From IMG/VR virus record IMGVR_UViG_3300027969_000043, positions 104,872 through 168,871 of that record: a stretch of DNA of 64,000 nt; one strand, 5' to 3'. A program made the position numbers and the translations under genes. The notes under the pieces are model-generated. The model was not told the DNA's origin. It made no database searches and saw nothing but the letters and a program-made list of their open reading frames with translations. Below are positions 59,271 through 64,000 of the stretch, piece after piece; position 1 is the first letter of the stretch, and every line of letters starts with the position of its first letter. Source of the stretch: a virus.

Positions 59271-59459
59271 ATGAAAATCAAAACAAAATTAAGCCCAGAA
59301 AATGAAATGCTATCTTTGTATTTATCAATTATTGTTAGCCTTATATTTTTCGCCTTGTGGGTGTTTACAGACATCAACCCAACAAAGTTATTTTTTAACT
59401 ACATCGTGTTTTATTGTGTTGTTGTGCTGATTGGTTTCTTTTATCCTTTCAAAAAATAA
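59271..59459 (+). CDS. Small two-TM membrane protein
   Basis: Two hydrophobic segments. Confidence 0.6.
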   Translation: MKIKTKLSPENEMLSLYLSIIVSLIFFALWVFTDINPTKLFFNYIVFYCVVVLIGFFYPFKK

Positions 59460-59517
59460 TTTAAAAAAAGATTAAAAAAGATTTGGTAGAATGAATAATT
59501 CTACCTATCTTTGATTT

Positions 59518-59579
59518 ATCAAAGCGATAAGACGACGACAAGTCGGTAGGTATACTCCACGCTACGTGCTATTTTTTTT
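59518..59579 (+). ncRNA. Candidate small RNA, copy U2
   Basis: Promoter 59482-59513; CGGTAGGTATACTCCACGCTACGTG then T8. Confidence 0.6.
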
Positions 59580-59635
59580 ATCCAATATATAAAAAAATTG
59601 TCAGATATTACTCTGACAATCATATTATAGTTTAT

Positions 59636-60043
59636 TTAACTATAATAAATTTCCTCCAAATCCTTCAAAACAGCTTTGCCCTTATCCGTCCAAGATATAC
59701 CTTTGAGCCATACAAAATGCTCAAGGTTTTGAGGGTTGCGCCAATCCATTCCTTCGCCCTCAAATAGCCATTTTAAAGCCGTTTTATAGTCAGATGCGCC
59801 CAATTGGATAGTACGTCCAATTAACAAATCAAAAGCCTTCAAATCGGCTTGTAAACGCAATTCCTCCTCGATGGCATTCTCACGGCAAACCTCGGAAAAA
59901 CGAGCGAAATCGGCTTGTAACTGCTCGTCAGACATAGCCGAATAATCCAAGCCACGAGGGCGAAAGCCGTATGCGTCCTTGTGAAAATCGCTATAAACTT
60001 GTAGCATTTCGTTTCTCTCGGCAAGTGATAAGGTAGTAGTCAT
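59636..60043 (-). CDS. Early hypothetical protein
   Basis: YSDFHKDAYGFRPR motif; own promoter. Confidence 0.75.
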   Translation of the reverse strand: MTTTLSLAERNEMLQVYSDFHKDAYGFRPRGLDYSAMSDEQLQADFARFSEVCRENAIEEELRLQADLKAFDLLIGRTIQLGASDYKTALKWLFEGEGMDWRNPQNLEHFVWLKGISWTDKGKAVLKDLEEIYYS

Positions 60044-60152
60044 AATTTGAATGTTTAAATGTTAAAAGATAATGCAATTTAGCAAAATAAATTCAAAGCA
60101 CCAAATTTATTTTCATATAATTTTTTTTATAATATATTGGTTTATATCGCAT

Positions 60153-60216
60153 AAAAAAAATATCGTGTAGGTTGGAGTATACTTCCCGATAGTGTATATC
60201 GTATTGCAACTTTGCT
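60153..60216 (-). ncRNA. Candidate small RNA, copy U3
   Basis: Promoter 60221-60252; CGATA-TACAC-TATCG hairpin; core 60172-60188; T8. Confidence 0.6.
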
Positions 60217-60270
60217 AAAGCAAAGATAAGGTAGTTTTTTCAAACTACCAAATCTTTTGCAAAGTATTTT

Positions 60271-60507
60271 TTATATTTTTTTGTATATACGGATTGCAGT
60301 AGTAACTACAAACGTAACAAATGATAAACCTAATGCCAAAAGCAAATACCAACCAAAATTACCTTTATCGCAAAAATGCTCGTATTCATACATAGAACTC
60401 TCACTTGTCCCAGGCTCAGCGCCTAATACACATAATAGGCAAAAAGCAAAAATACACATTGAAAAAAATTGTGCGTTTTCAATAAATTCATTAAAAAACT
60501 TTTTCAT
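60271..60507 (-). CDS. Small two-TM membrane protein (paralogue of 58262..58489)
   Basis: LGAEPGTSESSMYEY; ATG 60507 follows promoter and shared leader. Confidence 0.75.
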   Translation of the reverse strand: MKKFFNEFIENAQFFSMCIFAFCLLCVLGAEPGTSESSMYEYEHFCDKGNFGWYLLLALGLSFVTFVVTTAIRIYKKI

Positions 60508-60645
60508 AATAGATTGTTTAAATGTTAAAAGATAGTGCAATTTACTAAAATAAATTCAAACTACCAAATTTATTTTTAAAAAAATAAATAAAAAATAATT
60601 GCCAAAATATTTGTTTTATAATTTAAAAACCCTTACCTTTGCTAA

Positions 60646-60706
60646 AGCAAAGGCAAAGACGTTTAAACAACGGGAAGTATACTCCACGCTACGTGTTATT
60701 TTTTTT
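60646..60706 (+). ncRNA. Candidate small RNA, copy U4
   Basis: Promoter 60610-60641; core 60671-60686; CACG-CTA-CGTG; T8. Confidence 0.6.
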
Positions 60707-60874
60707 ATATATGAAAAAAAAATTTTGCAAAGGTACAACATTATTTCCATACTACCAAATAAAGTTATCCACATAGGCAAAAAATATGTTAATAACTTTT
60801 CTAAAATAAATTTGGTAGGTTAAAAAAATAGTCCTATTTTTACATCAGTTCTTTCACATTTAAACCAATCTATT

Positions 60875-61183
60875 ATGACACAATTTGAAACGGCTATTGC
60901 CCAAGCCGAAATTGGCGAATTGCAAACTCCAAGTGTTAGTTATGGTAAAACTGCCATAGATTACTTTTGGTATCAAGTTTCAGTACATCACTTTAACCTT
61001 AAAATTATGGCAAGTGGTATGAAATGTCGGGGTATTAAATTTACCGATATTAAAAAATACTACGGCTTGAAAGGTAATTGCGCTAAAAAATGTCTGGCAC
61101 AATTTGAAAATGTCGTTACTCGTTACCGATTAAAAATGATTAACGACCATCTCAACACAATGGAAACTGAATACTCGTTTTAA
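60875..61183 (+). CDS. Early hypothetical protein
   Basis: Own promoter/leader; terminator GCACCC-TTCG-GGGTGT+T tract at ~61200-61223. Confidence 0.7.
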   Translation: MTQFETAIAQAEIGELQTPSVSYGKTAIDYFWYQVSVHHFNLKIMASGMKCRGIKFTDIKKYYGLKGNCAKKCLAQFENVVTRYRLKMINDHLNTMETEYSF

Positions 61184-61315
61184 ACTCCAATCCAACAAAG
61201 CACCCTTCGGGGTGTTTTTTTTTGCCCCATGTACACAAAAGTGTGCATTTAAAATAATTTAAAAATAATTCAAAATAAATTTGGTAGTATCAAATTAATG
61301 TACTACATTTGTATT

Positions 61316-61379
61316 GTCAATGTGAATGACAGACGATTAAAACTCGGGAGGTATACTCCAAGCTACGTCATATTTTTTT
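61316..61379 (+). ncRNA. Candidate small RNA, copy U5
   Basis: Promoter 61280-61311; CGGGAGGTATACTCCAAGCTACGT then T7. Confidence 0.6.
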
Positions 61380-61673
61380 AGCGCTCCAAAAATCTTTTCA
61401 TTCTTTCATATTCATAATTTTCATAATATAATATTTTTTTAATGAATTTAAATAATGCTTTCATAGTATATGGATTTAATTATATATATTCAAATAATAT
61501 ACCAAACCAAAATTATTTTTCATATCCTATTTGTCAGCTCAAAACTGACAATGCAGATATAAAACATAACTCATTTTAAGCCGATTTAACGGCATATATT
61601 TATCAGATAAGGTAATCATAAGGGGCATAAAAAAAGGGGCTAAATTAGCCCCTTATTCATTCGTATAGCAATT

Positions 61674-62540
61674 TTAATTTGCCGTTGCCATATCGTATAT
61701 GGTATCAAATATTTTGCCGTCTAGTGTTTTTTGCACATCAAACGATTTCGCAAATTTGGTATGCAATATCTCGTTGAAGGCATTGTAACCTAACCACATA
61801 TTAGGCGAAGTATTAAGGTATCTAGATTCAGCCAATATCGTATCTGCAACTATTTCAGCATTTAAGGACGGCTCGGGATTTTTGTCCGATTTTTCATACT
61901 TAAATATAGCAGTTTCCTTGCATACGTCCTTTACGAATTTTTGCACATCAGAAACGATTGCACCACTCAAAAACTCTGCCTTCGGTTTCAACGTGTAATA
62001 CTCGTTATTCAAAAAATTGCTAACAAGGGTTTCAATTTCGGGCAATACAAACTCAACGATACTACCTTTATGCTTTACGTTAAAAGACATTTTGGTTTCA
62101 GCAACGTGCAAACCATTAGTACAAACTTGGCGAAAATATCCAAAACTGCCCGACGTTTTACAACTGCCGTCATACGAATTAACGAAACGTAACATTGGCT
62201 TGATAATATCTTTGCCATTAGCCACAACGATATTATATCTATCATCGTTTAAGATATAATCAACTGCGAAACTACGATTATCACGATTAATACTACGTGT
62301 GTCGTATTGCACATCAGCATTAATCAAATTTTCTTCCACAACGGCAAAAAACTGCTCGTTGGGTAAATGTCCGTAATTGTCCGAAAATACGCCTACCAAC
62401 GTGCCGTTGGAATAGATTGCTTTTTCTAATCCCTTACGTGTAGGAGTGCCTAAAATTTCGGCTAAATTACGCACTTCGCTATCAACGAATACGTTGTCAT
62501 TCTGCATTGTTTGCCCCTTAAAATTGATACGTGTAGTCAT
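61674..62540 (-). CDS. DUF932/DUF945-family protein
   Basis: FVNSYDGS...GYFRQVCTNG...KHKG; W..YNAFNE. Confidence 0.8.
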   Translation of the reverse strand: MTTRINFKGQTMQNDNVFVDSEVRNLAEILGTPTRKGLEKAIYSNGTLVGVFSDNYGHLPNEQFFAVVEENLINADVQYDTRSINRDNRSFAVDYILNDDRYNIVVANGKDIIKPMLRFVNSYDGSCKTSGSFGYFRQVCTNGLHVAETKMSFNVKHKGSIVEFVLPEIETLVSNFLNNEYYTLKPKAEFLSGAIVSDVQKFVKDVCKETAIFKYEKSDKNPEPSLNAEIVADTILAESRYLNTSPNMWLGYNAFNEILHTKFAKSFDVQKTLDGKIFDTIYDMATAN

Positions 62541-62695
62541 AACTGGGTTGCATTTTAGCCACTCGCATTGTGGTTAGGTTGAATTGTGAGATACAAATAT
62601 CGCATTAGTTTTTCAAACCACCAAATTTATTTTGAATTATTTTTAAAATAGTTATACACATATTATTTTTTATAATGTGAATAACTTTGCACCCT

Positions 62696-62764
62696 AAAAA
62701 AAATAGCGTGTAGGTTGGAGTATACTTCCCGCCATTGTTAGTGCCGTATGTCATTCAAATTGAC
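62696..62764 (-). ncRNA. Candidate small RNA, copy U6
   Basis: Promoter 62769-62800; core 62715-62731; T8. Confidence 0.6.
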
Positions 62765-62854
62765 AATACAAATATAGGATAATAAATTGAAACTACCAAA
62801 TTTATTTTAAAAAAAAATGCCCTACATTTGTAAGGCATTTAATTCGTGTGCTGA

Positions 62855-63013
62855 TTAACACTGATAAGTTATCGGTATTATCTCAAACGCTTCAATAAAA
62901 CCAGTTTCTGCTTGTAACACTTCAACAAGTGCAAGAGCATCAACTCTGTGTTCAAATGCTTTGTGCATAATACCCGCACCATTTTCAAATACGAGCCAAA
63001 TTGTTTTTTCCAT
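62855..63013 (-). CDS. 52-aa early protein (not in ORF track)
   Basis: MEKTIWLVFENGAGIMHKAFEHR...; own promoter and leader. Confidence 0.65.
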   Translation of the reverse strand: MEKTIWLVFENGAGIMHKAFEHRVDALALVEVLQAETGFIEAFEIIPITYQC

Positions 63014-63258
63014 AATAGATTGTTTTAATTGTGAGATACAAATATAGGATTAATAATTCAAACTACCAAATATTTTTTGAAGTATTTTTAAAATATTTTT
63101 TTGGTGGTCTGGAATTAATGTTGTATGTTTGCTTTGTTTAAATGAATAGGTTAAAAGATAATCCCTGATGTGTCTACATCGGGGATACTTTTTATTTTGT
63201 ATAAACTAAAAAACCCCACACTTTTGGTGTAGGGAATTTATTCACAATTAAACTAACT

Positions 63259-63489
63259 TTAACTTCGTAGATATGCAATATCTTTGTTATACTTTAATGT
63301 CTTGGCTTGGCTTGTGGTCAGTCCAACAAACTCTTGTGGTCTAAAACTAATTTCATCGGGATAGAATTCAAATAAAAATTCTTCAACCCCATTTTCAAGC
63401 GTAACATAAACCTTTGGCATATCATCAAAGAAACTCTTTGGCATTGCCGTAATTCTTGCTGATACGATTTTTAATTCTTCTGCTAACAT
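63259..63489 (-). CDS. Early hypothetical protein
   Basis: ATG 63489 after promoter; FYPDEISF...EFVGLT. Confidence 0.7.
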   Translation of the reverse strand: MLAEELKIVSARITAMPKSFFDDMPKVYVTLENGVEEFLFEFYPDEISFRPQEFVGLTTSQAKTLKYNKDIAYLRS

Positions 63490-63679
63490 AATTTTATTTT
63501 TTGATTGTGAATGAATAAGCAAATTTAAGATTAATTTTCCACACTACCAAATATTTTGCAAAGTTTTTTCAACCCATGTACACAAAAGTGTATATCGTGG
63601 AATTGATTGAGAGTCGCCCCATGCTCTCATGTATTGCCGTTCTTTGTTGCGTGGACTTTCGGCACATTAAACAATTCCA

Positions 63680-64000
63680 TTATCTTTTATTCAACCATTC
63701 ATCAAAGGTGCGATAACCTCCGAATGCTCTCCATTGGTTATACATATCATTCCTATCTTTGCAAACACGCTTTGCCCACTTGTAAACCAACTCGGTTTCT
63801 TTGAATGTGGTAAAGTTATCTCGGCAATAGTTTTCAAGAAACCCTACTGCTTGGCACCAACGAATATATGATTTTTCGGTAATGCGTCTGTTTATCCAAT
63901 CATCACTTGTTCTGCCACAATCATTGAATTGTTTAATCGTATCAAACCCAGCAGACATTTTATCAATATCTACTTTGTTATATAAACTCTCAACAACCCT
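63680..64000 (-). CDS. Hypothetical protein (probably starts beyond window end)
   Basis: Frame appears open to the window edge. Confidence 0.55.
   Translation of the reverse strand, partial: RVVESLYNKVDIDKMSAGFDTIKQFNDCGRTSDDWINRRITEKSYIRWCQAVGFLENYCRDNFTTFKETELVYKWAKRVCKDRNDMYNQWRAFGGYRTFDEWLNKR

Larger units (their letters stand above)
58229..63551. promoter_or_regulatory. Array of ~18 Bacteroidota-type promoters, consensus AAATTTGGTAGT-N~15-TAnnTT(TG/GC)
   Basis: TTTG + 19-20 nt + TAnnTTTG/TAAATTGC before nearly every ORF, e.g. 58989-59020(-), 59482-59513(+), 60610-60641(+), 61280-61311(+), 62769-62800(-), 63100-63131(+). Confidence 0.85.

Noticed and set aside
60599-60823. 74-aa ORF across U4
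   Set aside because: TTG start upstream of the promoter; spans two promoters and T-tracts; not conserved in the other five copies
1470-62259. Many antisense or nested ORFs in the track (e.g. 1470-1988, 18006-18350, 36368-36928, 51737-52105)
   Set aside because: Shadows of well-supported genes, with no promoter motifs or recognisable domains
58650-62800. Six GGAAGTATACTCC repeats as a CRISPR array
   Set aside because: Copies are about 0.5-1.4 kb apart, in both orientations, separated by genes; no regular spacers and no cas genes
1-64000. Stop-codon reassignment, introns or inteins, tRNA genes
   Set aside because: Core genes are intact in the standard code with no intein motifs; no cloverleaf or T-loop seen by eye (tRNAscan not run)

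Overview
AT-rich 64-kb segment of a large T4-like (jumbo) myovirus. It reads in the standard code, lacks Shine-Dalgarno motifs and carries many TTTG-N19/20-TAnnTTTG promoters, so the host is most likely Bacteroidota. Left to right: sugar-modification/PhoH genes, a gp55-like late sigma factor, baseplate/virion genes, a head module on the minus strand (major capsid, scaffold, protease, portal, large terminase), large modular head-associated proteins, ClpC, and a string of small late genes. Many of the late genes share an N-terminal 'MK...(I/L)xE' tag that resembles a capsid-targeting signal. Late genes are preceded by ATATTTAT, essentially the reverse complement of the T4 late promoter. At 55.7-57.6 kb five A-tract repeats and a G-run tract form a sharp boundary (candidate pac site, genome end or origin). 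Beyond it is an early-type region with about 18 host-type promoters. Top candidate for an undescribed system: six of those promoters drive no ORF but a conserved ~55-65-nt unit (covarying hairpin + CGGGAAGTATACTCCA + U-tract in five of six), i.e. a dispersed family of phage small RNAs. Other highlights: a structured 5' leader that can pair with the 3' end of its own mRNA (11.7-12.7 kb), two probable -1 frameshifts, and a phage-borne Rieske oxygenase. All assignments are by eye from motifs; no searches were run.
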